Below are positions 38,518 through 48,087 of a stretch of DNA of 64,000 bases, piece after piece. The notes beneath the pieces were generated by a model, which saw only the letters and a program-made list of their open reading frames with translations, ran no database searches and was not told the DNA's origin. The stretch comes from Candidatus Kapaibacterium sp. (GTDB lineage: Bacteria; Bacteroidota; Ignavibacteria; Kapaibacteriales; UBA2268): assembly GCA_938031175.1 (NCBI GenBank), contig CALHGZ010000007.1:2999-66998 (forward strand). The letters are read 5' to 3'. How positions within the stretch are numbered: the stretch's first letter is position 1; every line of letters begins with the position of its first letter. The position numbers were made by a program, and so were the translations under genes.

Positions 38518-39127
38518 TTATTAACTCATTTTTGTTATTTTCCCATAATTTTCCAGAATTGATTAAAGACATAGCCCTTGCGGGTCCAAGCCTTATAAAT
38601 GCTTCAATTGCGTCAACCGCTTTTTTAATCATCAAATCTCTTTCATTTAATTCATCTTCCTTGAAATCGGAAAGTACATAATCTACTAATTCGCCCTTTC
38701 CAAAATTTTTACCAATCCCGCATCGCAATCTCCAGAAATTTTCTGTTTCAAGTTCATCAATAATAGAGGCAATTCCATTGTGTCCACCATCGCTACCCCC
38801 TAATTTAATATGCACTTTGCCAAGTGGGAAATTAAATTCATCGCAAATAACTATTAAATTTTCAGGCTTTATCTTGTGTTGTTTCATAACTTTCGAGATA
38901 GCTTCTCCAGACATGTTAACATAAGTTGTGGGCATTATTGCCATAATTTCATTATTATCAATGGATAGAGTTGTTAGTAAATATATATTTTTGTCTGGCT
39001 TTACCTGTTTTTTATATTTATCCGCCAAAGCAGAAACCACCATCCATCCAATGTTATGCCTTGTATTGGCATATTTTGTCCCTGGATTGCCTAATCCAGC
39101 TATGAGCCAATCTATTTTTTGTGCCAT
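38510..39127 (-). CDS. pth: Peptidyl-tRNA hydrolase
   Basis: 205 aa. IAGLGNPGTKYANTRHNIGWMVV is the Pth N-terminal signature. Confidence 0.9.
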   Translation of the reverse strand: MAQKIDWLIAGLGNPGTKYANTRHNIGWMVVSALADKYKKQVKPDKNIYLLTTLSIDNNEIMAIMPTTYVNMSGEAISKVMKQHKIKPENLIVICDEFNFPLGKVHIKLGGSDGGHNGIASIIDELETENFWRLRCGIGKNFGKGELVDYVLSDFKEDELNERDLMIKKAVDAIEAFIRLGPARAMSLINSGKLWENNKNELIND

Positions 39128-39194
39128 ATTAATGCAAAATTAATAAGGGCATACAAATCATAAGTATGCCCTTGAAAAGTAGAATATTATAAAA

Positions 39195-39797
39195 TTAGCT
39201 TGACTTTTTTGTTTGTGCTGTAGATTCTGCCATCAAGGCTTCACCTCCAACGCGTGGTGGTATTACTGAACATACTACAGTATCGAGCGGTAAATCAATT
39301 TCTATGTTTTCAATTTTTGCATTTTCGAGTGTAAGCGAATGACCAACCCCAAGGTCAGTAATATCAATTTCAATTGATTCTGGTAGATCTTTGGGCAGGC
39401 AGGTAATTTTAACTTTTCTAAGTGTATGTTGGAGGATTCCACCAAGTCTCACACCTATAGATTGCCCTTTCAGAACGACGGGTATTTCAACAGTCATTTT
39501 TTGTCCACGTTTTATCCCCATTAAATCGAAATGCATAATTTTATCGGTAACGGGGTGGAAAGTCACATCCTTCAGGACACATTCTCTTTGGTAGTTAGCA
39601 TCAGTAATTTCTAAATCAATAATTTTAGTCGCCCGGGTATAGACAATTTCTCTTAAAACCATTGGTTCACAGTACACCGGTATAGGGGTTTCCCCTTTGT
39701 AATAAAATATGCCGGGAACGAATCCTTTTTGTCTTAGCTGTTTTGCTGATTTTTTCCCAACTTCTCTCTTTTTTACTTTTAGCGGTATAACGCCCAT
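39195..39797 (-). CDS. rplY: 50S ribosomal protein L25 / general stress protein Ctc
   Basis: 200 aa. The N-terminus LKVKKREVGKKSAKQLRQKGFVPGIFY is the L25/Ctc family N-domain. The prs-ctc-pth order is conserved. Confidence 0.85.
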   Translation of the reverse strand: MGVIPLKVKKREVGKKSAKQLRQKGFVPGIFYYKGETPIPVYCEPMVLREIVYTRATKIIDLEITDANYQRECVLKDVTFHPVTDKIMHFDLMGIKRGQKMTVEIPVVLKGQSIGVRLGGILQHTLRKVKITCLPKDLPESIEIDITDLGVGHSLTLENAKIENIEIDLPLDTVVCSVIPPRVGGEALMAESTAQTKKSS

Positions 39798-39825
39798 TTT
39801 TCCCTCAATTTATTGTTAGTATTAA

Positions 39826-40764
39826 TTATCTTTCAATTTCAAATAGTGAGCTAATCGAACGATTATCGTGGGTCCTTATTATAGCTTCGGATAAAATTTC
39901 TGAAATTGATACAACTTCTATCTTATCTGAATTTTTCTGTAATGGTATAGTATCAGTTACATATAACTTTTCTAAAGCTTCGCAATTTTCTAATTTTTCG
40001 AAAGCATTTCCAGAAAATACTGGATGAACACAAACACCAAATATTTTATTGGCTCCTTTTTCTTTTAGTGCATTAACTGTTGAGAAAAAAGTTGACCCCG
40101 TATCAATTAAATCATCGACAACAATAACATTTTTATTTTGTACATCCCCAATAACATTTACTACTTCAGCAACATTATGTGACGGTCGTCTTTTATCAAC
40201 GAGAATAAGATTTGCACCAAGTTTTTTAGCATAGGATCTTGCCGTTTTTAAACCTCCAACGTCAGGAGAAGCGACAGAAAGCGAATCTAAGTTCAATTTC
40301 ATTAATCTTTTTATCAAAACCGGTGAGGCATATAAATGGTCGAGTGGTATATCGAAAAATCCCTGAATTTGAGAAGAATGTAAATCTATTGTAATAATTC
40401 TATTAGCACCAGCAACAGCGAGTAGGTTAGCGATTAATTTAGCTGTAATTGATACTCGTGGTTGGTCTTTCCTATCCTGACGGGCGTAACCATAGTATGG
40501 AATTACTGCAGTAACCCTTCTAACAGAAGCACGTTTTGCTGCATCAAGAAGTATCAATAACTCAAGGAGATTGTCAGCAGGTGAAAATGTTGATTGGATT
40601 ACAAACAAATCAACGCCACGAACATTTTCTTCGTATTTTACCCATATTTCACCATCGCTGAAATTTCTAATAGTTGTTTCAGATAATTCAAGCCCTAAAT
40701 TAGCTGCAACTTTTTCTGCCAGAACTCTGTTTGACCTACCCGAAGCAATCTTAAAATCAAGCAT
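39826..40764 (-). CDS. prs: Ribose-phosphate pyrophosphokinase
   Basis: 312 aa. DLHSSQIQGFFDIPLDHLYASPVL and the PRPP-binding loop VVDDLIDTGST are present. Confidence 0.95.
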   Translation of the reverse strand: MLDFKIASGRSNRVLAEKVAANLGLELSETTIRNFSDGEIWVKYEENVRGVDLFVIQSTFSPADNLLELLILLDAAKRASVRRVTAVIPYYGYARQDRKDQPRVSITAKLIANLLAVAGANRIITIDLHSSQIQGFFDIPLDHLYASPVLIKRLMKLNLDSLSVASPDVGGLKTARSYAKKLGANLILVDKRRPSHNVAEVVNVIGDVQNKNVIVVDDLIDTGSTFFSTVNALKEKGANKIFGVCVHPVFSGNAFEKLENCEALEKLYVTDTIPLQKNSDKIEVVSISEILSEAIIRTHDNRSISSLFEIER

Positions 40765-40795
40765 TGACCAATTAAAGCTATTTTAATAAAAATTG

Positions 40796-40867
40796 CTGGG
40801 GCAGCAGGATTCGAACCTGCGAATGTCGGCTCCAAAGGCCGATGCCTTACCACTTGGCTATGCCCCA
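40796..40867 (-). tRNA. tRNA-Gln (anticodon UUG)
   Basis: Reverse complement is TGGGGCATAGCCAAGTGGTAAGGCATCGGCCTTTGGAGCCGACATTCGCAGGTTCGAATCCTGCTGCCCCAG. It has a 7 bp acceptor stem (UGGGGCA/UGCCCCA), anticodon stem UCGGC/GCCGA with loop CUUUGGA, T-arm GCAGG-UUCGAAU-CCUGC and discriminator G. CCA is not encoded. Confidence 0.85.
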
Positions 40868-40975
40868 AATTTGTCCCTTTAGAGCTTACAAAATTAACTC
40901 TATTTAGCTTATTTTACAAATTATTTTGAAAATTTAATTCATTCACAGAAAATTTTAAAACAGTAAATAAAATAA

Positions 40976-41176
40976 TCACTTACGGATCCATCTTCGGATA
41001 ATCATTATTCCATTATCCCATTTTGCATTGATTATATAATTTAATTTTTCTCTTAATTCAGGAGAAATTTTTGACTGCAATTGCTTTATAATTCTTTCTG
41101 CCTTGTATATAGATTCAATCTTCGATTTATCGGTATATACTATACTTTTACTATCTCTGATTATCCATTTTTTCAT
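40976..41176 (-). CDS. Small basic hypothetical ORF, possibly spurious
   Basis: 66 aa ORF in a 440 nt AT-rich gap next to tRNA-Gln. No motif was recognised. Confidence 0.2.
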   Translation of the reverse strand: MKKWIIRDSKSIVYTDKSKIESIYKAERIIKQLQSKISPELREKLNYIINAKWDNGIMIIRRWIRK

Positions 41177-41306
41177 AATTTTTCGATAAAGCGTAAATAA
41201 TAGTAATAACTAATATATAATTATCGTTTATTTTATGTAAATCTTTTTGTAATTTTAAAATATTTATATTTTATAATATAATTGTTAATTAAAGGAGAGA
41301 TTTATA

Positions 41307-44300
41307 ATGAAGATTGCAAGATATGTTTTTTTTATTTATAATTTGATTTTCCTTTTTCTTCTTTCCAATGGAATATTACATAGCCGAGACTATTGGGGCA
41401 AAGTAAAAGCACCCTTTACAGGACATATAACAGCTTTTGCAATAGACCAGGGCAATAGGATATATGCTGCAACATGGGGTGGTGGAATTTATCGTTCCGA
41501 TAATGACGGAGTTACCTGGACTCCATATAATACCGGCTTGAGTAATTTGTATATCAATTGCATTAAAATTACAAACACAGGAAGAATTTTCATTGGTACA
41601 GAAGGCGGTGGGGTATTTTATTCAACAAATGCCGGTAACTCTTGGAACCCTTCTAATGATGGATTGACAAACTTAAATGTTCGTGCTATAAATATCAAAT
41701 CTAATGGTAAAATATTCGCTGGTACCTATGGAAATGGAATTTTTATATCTACTGATGGTGGTTCAACCTGGAAAGCATCAAATACCGGTCTTTTTTATTT
41801 GGATATTCTATCAATTGGCTTTGCAATTACTGTCGATTATGTTCTTGTTGGTACAAACGGTGGTGGTATTTATCGCTCAACAGATGACGGTAAAACTTGG
41901 AAGCTATCAAATGTAGGCTGGGAAGTAGATTTTATTCACAGCTTTGTTTTGAATAGTGTAAACGAACTATATGCTGCCTCTAATGGCGGCGGATTATTGC
42001 ATTCTGTGGATAATGGTTTAAGTTGGGTTGAATTCGATACAAACCGAGTTGATAAAAATATTACTGCTGTTGTACTCAATAGATTTGGTGATCCGGTTGT
42101 CGCTACTCGTTCAAAGGGTATTCTATATTATGAAAGTCAAAACTACGAAAGATGGTTTTCATCTAATATATTTTCTGGTGGGGTAACAGCACTTGCAATA
42201 AATTCAAATGGGCATATATTTGCTGCTGTTCCATTCGAAGGGGTATTTAAAAGTACAAATAACGGAGAAAGATTTGATTATGTAGGATTTAAGTACGAGA
42301 TCGGTGTTAAGCCAATAAAAGCTAGTAAAGTTAGAGGTACTATATTTGCTGTATTTAATGGTACAAGCGGTGCATATCGTTCAACCGATAACGGCAAAAC
42401 TTGGGAAGAAGCTGGCTTAAACGGTGAAAGAATTAATTGCTTTTATTTTGATAGAAATGATAATGTTTATGCCGGTTCGCAAAGAGGAATTTTCTTTTCA
42501 ACAAATAACGGATTGTCTTGGACAAACATTGGTCCTCAGGATTCAATTATTTACACAATTTATGTGCTTCAAAATAATACAATTTTCGCCGGAGGCAATC
42601 ACTTTTACAAATCAACAACCGGAGGTCCCCCCTGGAGTATTACAGATATTAGTGGTGGCGGTACAATCACTTCACTTGCCTTTCACAGAAGCGGATTGTT
42701 ATTTGCAGCTACAAAATATTTCGGTGTTTTCTATTCAAATGATGAAGGGAATACTTGGACTCAATGTCTCAGTCATACAAGGACAGGTATAATCGAATCT
42801 ATGTATATAAATCCTGCTGGGAAAATCTTTGTTGGTTCAAATAATGGGATATTTATGTCATCCGATACCGGTCGTACTTGGACAAGTACAAATCTTAATG
42901 CACAATATCCTCATATTAAAGATATAGAAGGAGATATATCCGGTAAAATATATGCCGGACTAGACTTTGGCGAAGGTTGCTACCATACCACCGATAATGG
43001 AATTGAATGGGATTCAACAAATAATAGTTTCCATACTGCTCGAATTAACAATATAGCATCTAACTCCGCGGGATTTACCTATTTAGGTACTGATATTATA
43101 TATAAATCAATTAATCCAAATAATCTTCCAAAACCTTTATTAGCATCACCAGATGATAAATCTGAAGGTATAGTATTACATCCTATCCTAAATTGGTTAC
43201 CCGCAGAAAAATCTGAACTTTATGAATTGCAATTATCGAGTGAACCTGATTTTACATTTAGAGTAGAATATATTGTTTTAGCTGATACTTTTAGGTTAAT
43301 TGAAAAAGAATTAGACCACTATACAAAATATTATTGGAGAGTAAGAGCAAAAACTCATAGTGCAGTCGGTCCCTGGTCGGATGCACGTTCATTCACAACC
43401 ATAATATCAAAGCCAATTCTAATAAGTCCTGAGAAAGATTCGAAGGGTGTTCCTACCACTGCAAATTTCCTCTGGCACAAAGTAGCAGGTGCGGAAAAAT
43501 ATACTTTGCAAATCGCTAAAACTGATAAATTTGAGGATTTATTTTTAGAGTTAGAAAATATAACAGATACCAGTACAATTATTACCAATATAACCCCACT
43601 AACAAAGTATTACTGGCGAGTCAAAGCCCATCGAGGAGAAACTGTAAGTCAGTGGTCAGCCATTTGGTCATTCGAAACAGTTTTAGCACCACCTGTTTTA
43701 CGCTCGCCCTCGAATAATAGTATGGACTTACCTACAACTGTACTATTCAAATGGGATACATCTAAAACAGCACAAGAATACTTCATACAAATAGCCAAAG
43801 ATTCCGATTTTGTTCAAGTTATATTCTTTGGCAAAACCACAGAAAAGGATAATCATTTATTCACTTTGCTTGAATACAACACAAAGTATTACTGGAGATT
43901 ATATGCTTCAAACCAATGGGGCATAAGCGATTGGACTGAAATATGGAATTTTACAACAGGTATAGCACCACCTACTTTGGTAAGTCCTGAAAATGAATCA
44001 AAATATCTTGATCACAGGCTTTCATTCCGGTGGGAACCTTTCGAAGGAGCAGATAAATACCACATTCAGATTGCAACAGACAAAGACTTCCAAAATATTA
44101 AGTTCCAAGACTCATCAATTACTCAATTCAGCTATGAAGTTTCTAATCTCGAAAGTTTCACTAAATACTATTGGCGTGTCCGTGTAAAAATTGCTAATAG
44201 ATGGGGATTTTTCTCCCTTAGCTGGTCATTAACCACAAACCTTAAAAGTCCAGAATTGATTTCCCCTGATGATAATGCAGATAATCAACCACTAAATCTC

Positions 44301-44804
44301 TACCTTAAATGGTCAAAACCAAATGGAACTGAACGCTTCCATTGTCAAGTGGCTAAGGATGAATTTTTCGAAAACATAATTAGTGACAATGAAAATCTGA
44401 CTAATAATCAGCAAGGACTTGTTAATTTATCGCCGAATACAATTTATTTTTGGAGAGTAAAAGCTAAAAATTCAGAAACTGAAAGTATATGGTCTGAAAT
44501 TAGAAGTTTCAAAACACAAGAGGGTTCCAATGTTAATGAATTATCAATAATTGAAGATCTGAAAATTTATCCTTTGCCTGCTAATGAAATTTTAAATATA
44601 GAAATTAAAACTGCAAATTCATCTGAAATTGAGCTTCAATTATTTGATTTAATGGGAAATCTGCAATATCATGAAAATTCCATTTACACAATAAATCACT
44701 TAAATGTTAAATGGGATATTTCAAGACTTTCATCAGGATTCTATTTTCTGAGAGTAAAAATTAACGAAAATTCTATTCTCAAAAGCATTGTAATAGGAAA
44801 ATAA
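41307..44804 (+). CDS. Secreted BNR/Asp-box beta-propeller protein with five tandem fibronectin-III-like modules and a T9SS C-terminal sorting domain
   Basis: 1165 aa with a signal peptide. At least eight S-x-D-x-G-x-(T/S)-W Asp-box motifs (STDGGSTW, STDDGKTW, SVDNGLSW, STDNGKTW, STNNGLSW, SNDEGNTW, SDTGRTW ...) lie in the first ~600 aa. Five ~93 aa modules each end in TKYYWRV(R/K)AK....S.WS....F.T. The C-terminus LKIYPLPANEILNIEIK...GFYFLRVKIN is the TIGR04183 tail. Confidence 0.75.
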   Translation: MKIARYVFFIYNLIFLFLLSNGILHSRDYWGKVKAPFTGHITAFAIDQGNRIYAATWGGGIYRSDNDGVTWTPYNTGLSNLYINCIKITNTGRIFIGTEGGGVFYSTNAGNSWNPSNDGLTNLNVRAINIKSNGKIFAGTYGNGIFISTDGGSTWKASNTGLFYLDILSIGFAITVDYVLVGTNGGGIYRSTDDGKTWKLSNVGWEVDFIHSFVLNSVNELYAASNGGGLLHSVDNGLSWVEFDTNRVDKNITAVVLNRFGDPVVATRSKGILYYESQNYERWFSSNIFSGGVTALAINSNGHIFAAVPFEGVFKSTNNGERFDYVGFKYEIGVKPIKASKVRGTIFAVFNGTSGAYRSTDNGKTWEEAGLNGERINCFYFDRNDNVYAGSQRGIFFSTNNGLSWTNIGPQDSIIYTIYVLQNNTIFAGGNHFYKSTTGGPPWSITDISGGGTITSLAFHRSGLLFAATKYFGVFYSNDEGNTWTQCLSHTRTGIIESMYINPAGKIFVGSNNGIFMSSDTGRTWTSTNLNAQYPHIKDIEGDISGKIYAGLDFGEGCYHTTDNGIEWDSTNNSFHTARINNIASNSAGFTYLGTDIIYKSINPNNLPKPLLASPDDKSEGIVLHPILNWLPAEKSELYELQLSSEPDFTFRVEYIVLADTFRLIEKELDHYTKYYWRVRAKTHSAVGPWSDARSFTTIISKPILISPEKDSKGVPTTANFLWHKVAGAEKYTLQIAKTDKFEDLFLELENITDTSTIITNITPLTKYYWRVKAHRGETVSQWSAIWSFETVLAPPVLRSPSNNSMDLPTTVLFKWDTSKTAQEYFIQIAKDSDFVQVIFFGKTTEKDNHLFTLLEYNTKYYWRLYASNQWGISDWTEIWNFTTGIAPPTLVSPENESKYLDHRLSFRWEPFEGADKYHIQIATDKDFQNIKFQDSSITQFSYEVSNLESFTKYYWRVRVKIANRWGFFSLSWSLTTNLKSPELISPDDNADNQPLNLYLKWSKPNGTERFHCQVAKDEFFENIISDNENLTNNQQGLVNLSPNTIYFWRVKAKNSETESIWSEIRSFKTQEGSNVNELSIIEDLKIYPLPANEILNIEIKTANSSEIELQLFDLMGNLQYHENSIYTINHLNVKWDISRLSSGFYFLRVKINENSILKSIVIGK
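43128..44520 (+). repeat. Five tandem ~279 nt coding repeats (Fn3-like modules) within the BNR T9SS cargo gene
   Basis: Module starts are at about 43128, 43407, 43686, 43960 and 44240, each beginning P.L.SP....... . The conserved core is F.W.....A..Y..QIA.D..F...........T.YYWRV.A.. . Copies are divergent, roughly 30-40% identical at the protein level. Confidence 0.55.
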
Positions 44805-44827
44805 TTTCTTAACTTCAATAAAATAAA

Positions 44828-44864
44828 GCTGGTAAGTAAATTTTATTTACCAGCATTTTTTTTT
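44828..44864 (+). terminator. Rho-independent terminator of the BNR T9SS cargo gene
   Basis: Perfect stem GCTGGTAA/TTACCAGC with an 11 nt loop, followed by ATTTTTTTTT. It lies 24 nt after the stop codon. Confidence 0.65.
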
Positions 44865-45010
44865 GATTTATTAATAAAAGTTAATATGAATTATGAATTT
44901 TTTTATTTATATTATTTTTAATTTTGTTTATCATATTGGAAAATATATTATTTACATAAATATATCAAAATTAATTTTTTAGTTTATCCTAAATTTTGTG
45001 AGGTGCAGAG

Positions 45011-45541
45011 ATGCTACCTAATTTAAAAGAAAAAGTTAAGAATAAGAAGATTTTGGTTTTTTTTATATTCACATTACTTTTCACAATAACTTTACTATTT
45101 TCTAAAAATACTAATTTTGATAGCATATTAGTAAAATCATCTGCTGTAATAAATAATTCTTCAAGTATTTTTGAGATTAAAGAATCAGATTCTGATTATA
45201 CAATACCGCACAAAAAAATATTTGAATATGAGATATCAAGCGACTATGAACTAACTCAAAGTATGAAGAATTATTTTGATAAAATAGTCGAATTTCTCAA
45301 AGATAATCCAGAAGTTAGCGTATTAATATCAGCATACTCTGATGCTGAATCGAATTATGAACAAAAGCTTTTTCGTTCGCATAAGAGAGCTAAATATGCA
45401 GCAGATTATCTAATATCTAAAGGAATAGATGAGAAAAGGATTGCATATTCAGCCAAACCAACACATTCACATGAGAAGGTTACCAAGAAAGACATAATTA
45501 ATAAAAAATTACCAATTATTGAAATTCAATTATTACGATAG
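45011..45541 (+). CDS. OmpA/MotB-like peptidoglycan-binding domain protein
   Basis: 176 aa with an N-terminal hydrophobic anchor. The C-terminal VLISAYSDAESNYEQKLFRSHKRAKYAADYLISKGIDEKRIAYSA resembles the OmpA_C motif (....G.tD..G....N..LS..RA..v..yL...G.....i). Confidence 0.45.
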   Translation: MLPNLKEKVKNKKILVFFIFTLLFTITLLFSKNTNFDSILVKSSAVINNSSSIFEIKESDSDYTIPHKKIFEYEISSDYELTQSMKNYFDKIVEFLKDNPEVSVLISAYSDAESNYEQKLFRSHKRAKYAADYLISKGIDEKRIAYSAKPTHSHEKVTKKDIINKKLPIIEIQLLR

Positions 45542-45543
45542 AA

Positions 45544-45975
45544 TTACAGATCAAGTTTTTCAATTCTTGTAGTATGTCTGCCCCCTTCAAATTCAGTATT
45601 AAGAAATGTGTAAATTATATCTTTTGCATTTGAAAAATCTATTAATCTACCACCGAGATTTAGAACATTTGCATTATTATGTTGCCGTGCTAATTTTGCA
45701 GTTTCAGCATTCCAGCAATTGACAGCTCTAATTCCTTTAAATCTATTTGCTGCTATAGACATACCAGCACCGCTTCCACAAATTATTATTCCAAAGTCAT
45801 TCTCACCATTCAAAATGCTTTCAGTTGCTTTAAACGCATAATCTGGATAATCAACTGATTTCTCAGAGAACGTTCCATAGTCATTAATTTTATAGTTAGA
45901 AAAAGAGTTTAGCCAATTCTTTATTTGTTCTTTTAACTGAAATCCAGCATGATCTGATGCAATTGCTATTTTCAT
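45544..45975 (-). CDS. rpiB: Ribose-5-phosphate isomerase B
   Basis: 143 aa. MKIAIASDHAGFQLK...GIIICGSGAGMSIAANRFKGIRAVNCWN is the RpiB/LacAB signature. Confidence 0.9.
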   Translation of the reverse strand: MKIAIASDHAGFQLKEQIKNWLNSFSNYKINDYGTFSEKSVDYPDYAFKATESILNGENDFGIIICGSGAGMSIAANRFKGIRAVNCWNAETAKLARQHNNANVLNLGGRLIDFSNAKDIIYTFLNTEFEGGRHTTRIEKLDL

Positions 45976-46238
45976 TTATTTATTATAAATTTTCCACATT
46001 TTTTTTTAAAATTATCAAAATTTTAAACTCATTAGAAGTTGAAAATTCCTTAAAATAATTCCCAATTATCATTTTTAATCGTTTAGTTAAATTTTTTCCA
46101 AAATATATAAATACATTATCCACAAATTTTAATACGGTCAAGATAAATTTATGATTTCATAACCATTATATAACAAAATAACTTCGAGAAGCATTATTGA
46201 ATTTTCAACATATCAAAAGGGTATAATAATAATAAATA

Positions 46239-47501
46239 CTAATCAATAAAATCAAATTTACAATATTGTCTCAGCACTTCAGGAACGATTATTTTTCCTT
46301 CAATTGAATCATAATAATTTTCTATGATAGAAACTATAAGTCTAGAAGTAGCTAATCCACTACCATTTAACGTATGAACAAACTCAGGTTTAGAATCAGG
46401 TTTTCTTTTGAATCTTATATTAGCGCGCCGAGCTTGAAAATCCTCGAAATTAGAACAGCTGGAAACTTCCAACCATTTATTTTCACCAGGAGCCCAAATT
46501 TCCAAATCATAGGTTTTGGCACTTGAAAAGCTTGTATCACCAGTACAAAGCAATACAACTCTATAAGGGATATTTAAAGCTTTTAAAATATTCTCAGCAT
46601 CATTAGTAAGTGCCTCTAACTCATCATAAGATTCTTCCGGTTTTGAAATTTTAACTAACTCCACTTTGTAGAATTGATGGACGCGCAAGAATCCATGAAC
46701 ATCTTTGCCGTAACTGCCAGCTTCCCGTCTAAAGCAAGCAGATAAGCCACAAATTTTAATTGGCAAGTCTTCTGCCTTTAAAATATCACCTGCGAAGAAA
46801 TTTGTAAGAGGAACTTCGGCAGTCGGTATTAGATATAAATTATCTTCATTGCAAAGATACATGTCTTCAGCCATTTTAGGTAATTGCCCAGTACCAAGCA
46901 TTGAATTTTCATTAACTAAAAATGGAGGTATAATTTCATAATAATCGTTTTTGATATGAAAGTCAAGCATAAAATTCCACAAAGCTCGTTCCAGAGCAGC
47001 TCCTTTTCCTTTGTAGTATGCAAAACCTGAACCAGAAACTTTAGCTGCTCGTTCAAAATCAAGTATTCCAAATTGAGAAGCGATATCAATATGATTTGTA
47101 TCGATAGGTGGTTTAGGCTTTCCCCATTCTCTAATTATTAAATTATCTTCAGCTTTTGTTCCGATGGGAACAGTTTCGTGAGTTAAATTAGGTATGCGAA
47201 GCAATATGTAATCCAACTCATTTTCAGTCTTTCTTAATTCATCGTCAAGTTCTTTTATTCTATCAGAAACTTGCTTCATTGCGAAAATTTTGTCGTCGGC
47301 ATTCAATTTTTTCTTCTTTAACTCAGCAATTTCTTTAGATACTATATTTCGTTGATTTTTTAGGAGGTCGGATTCTTGAATAATAATTCTTCTTTTTTCA
47401 TCCAAAGCAAGCAAATCATCAATATTTATTTCTGAATTTTTGTTTATTGCGTTTTGCTTTACTTTTTCAGGATTTTCTCTGATGAATTTTAAGTCTAACA
47501 T
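46239..47501 (-). CDS. serS: Seryl-tRNA synthetase
   Basis: 420 aa. It has the N-terminal coiled-coil arm (MLDLKFIRENPEKVKQN...) and class II core motifs (FRREAGSYGKD, GSGLATSR). Confidence 0.95.
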   Translation of the reverse strand: MLDLKFIRENPEKVKQNAINKNSEINIDDLLALDEKRRIIIQESDLLKNQRNIVSKEIAELKKKKLNADDKIFAMKQVSDRIKELDDELRKTENELDYILLRIPNLTHETVPIGTKAEDNLIIREWGKPKPPIDTNHIDIASQFGILDFERAAKVSGSGFAYYKGKGAALERALWNFMLDFHIKNDYYEIIPPFLVNENSMLGTGQLPKMAEDMYLCNEDNLYLIPTAEVPLTNFFAGDILKAEDLPIKICGLSACFRREAGSYGKDVHGFLRVHQFYKVELVKISKPEESYDELEALTNDAENILKALNIPYRVVLLCTGDTSFSSAKTYDLEIWAPGENKWLEVSSCSNFEDFQARRANIRFKRKPDSKPEFVHTLNGSGLATSRLIVSIIENYYDSIEGKIIVPEVLRQYCKFDFID

Positions 47502-47567
47502 ATAACTTCTCTTTAAAGGAATAATTTTGCAAAAATAATGAATATTTAAAGAATAGATATTTTAAGA

Positions 47568-47921
47568 TTAAAAATTTTGTTTCTTAACTTTTCTCGGTAG
47601 GATTTTGGGTTCGATATTTGAATCCCAGATATGGAATACAGCGAGGATAGGATGCTTTTTTATCATACGTGGACCGGCGTAACGCATAATATTTCTTATT
47701 TTTTCTCTTTTTTCACGGGAATAACAATGAACAGTGCATTTATTACACACAGGTTTTTCATGAGCGAAATAACAATTATCCAAGCGTTGGTATGCGTAGT
47801 CTCTAAGTTCAGTGCAATCGGTGCATAGAGAATCATTTTTATGATTATCTTTGCAATATAAATTTATCATCGCATTAACAGTTTTTTTCTCTCGTGCTAT
47901 TCTATTAAATAAATGTAGCAT
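47568..47921 (-). CDS. YgbA-like (nitrous-oxide-stimulated promoter family) Cys-rich protein
   Basis: 117 aa. INLYCKDNHK...LCTDCTELRDYAYQRLDNCYFAHEKPVCNKCTVHCYSREKREKIRNIMRYAGPRMI fits the YgbA_NO family pattern, with a conserved Cys pattern and the IR.IMRY.GPRM segment. Confidence 0.5.
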   Translation of the reverse strand: MLHLFNRIAREKKTVNAMINLYCKDNHKNDSLCTDCTELRDYAYQRLDNCYFAHEKPVCNKCTVHCYSREKREKIRNIMRYAGPRMIKKHPILAVFHIWDSNIEPKILPRKVKKQNF

Positions 47922-48087
47922 CGCTTTTAAAGACTTTATTTTAATTTATATTTGACGAGTTATAGACATTTGAATTGCTGTTTAAAACGTCTTTATGTTA
48001 AATATCATGAAATTCATAATTTCAGAAGTAAATTGTTAATCAATTAATAATTGACTAATTTTGTAATCATTAAATTCACAATATGAT

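Noticed and set aside
40868-41306. tRNA-Gln followed by a 440 nt AT-rich gap and a 66 aa ORF, a possible integration hotspot or genomic-island boundary
   Set aside because: No integrase or recombinase, no direct repeat of the tRNA 3' end, and the neighbouring genes are ordinary. It is treated as a promoter region for the BNR cargo gene.
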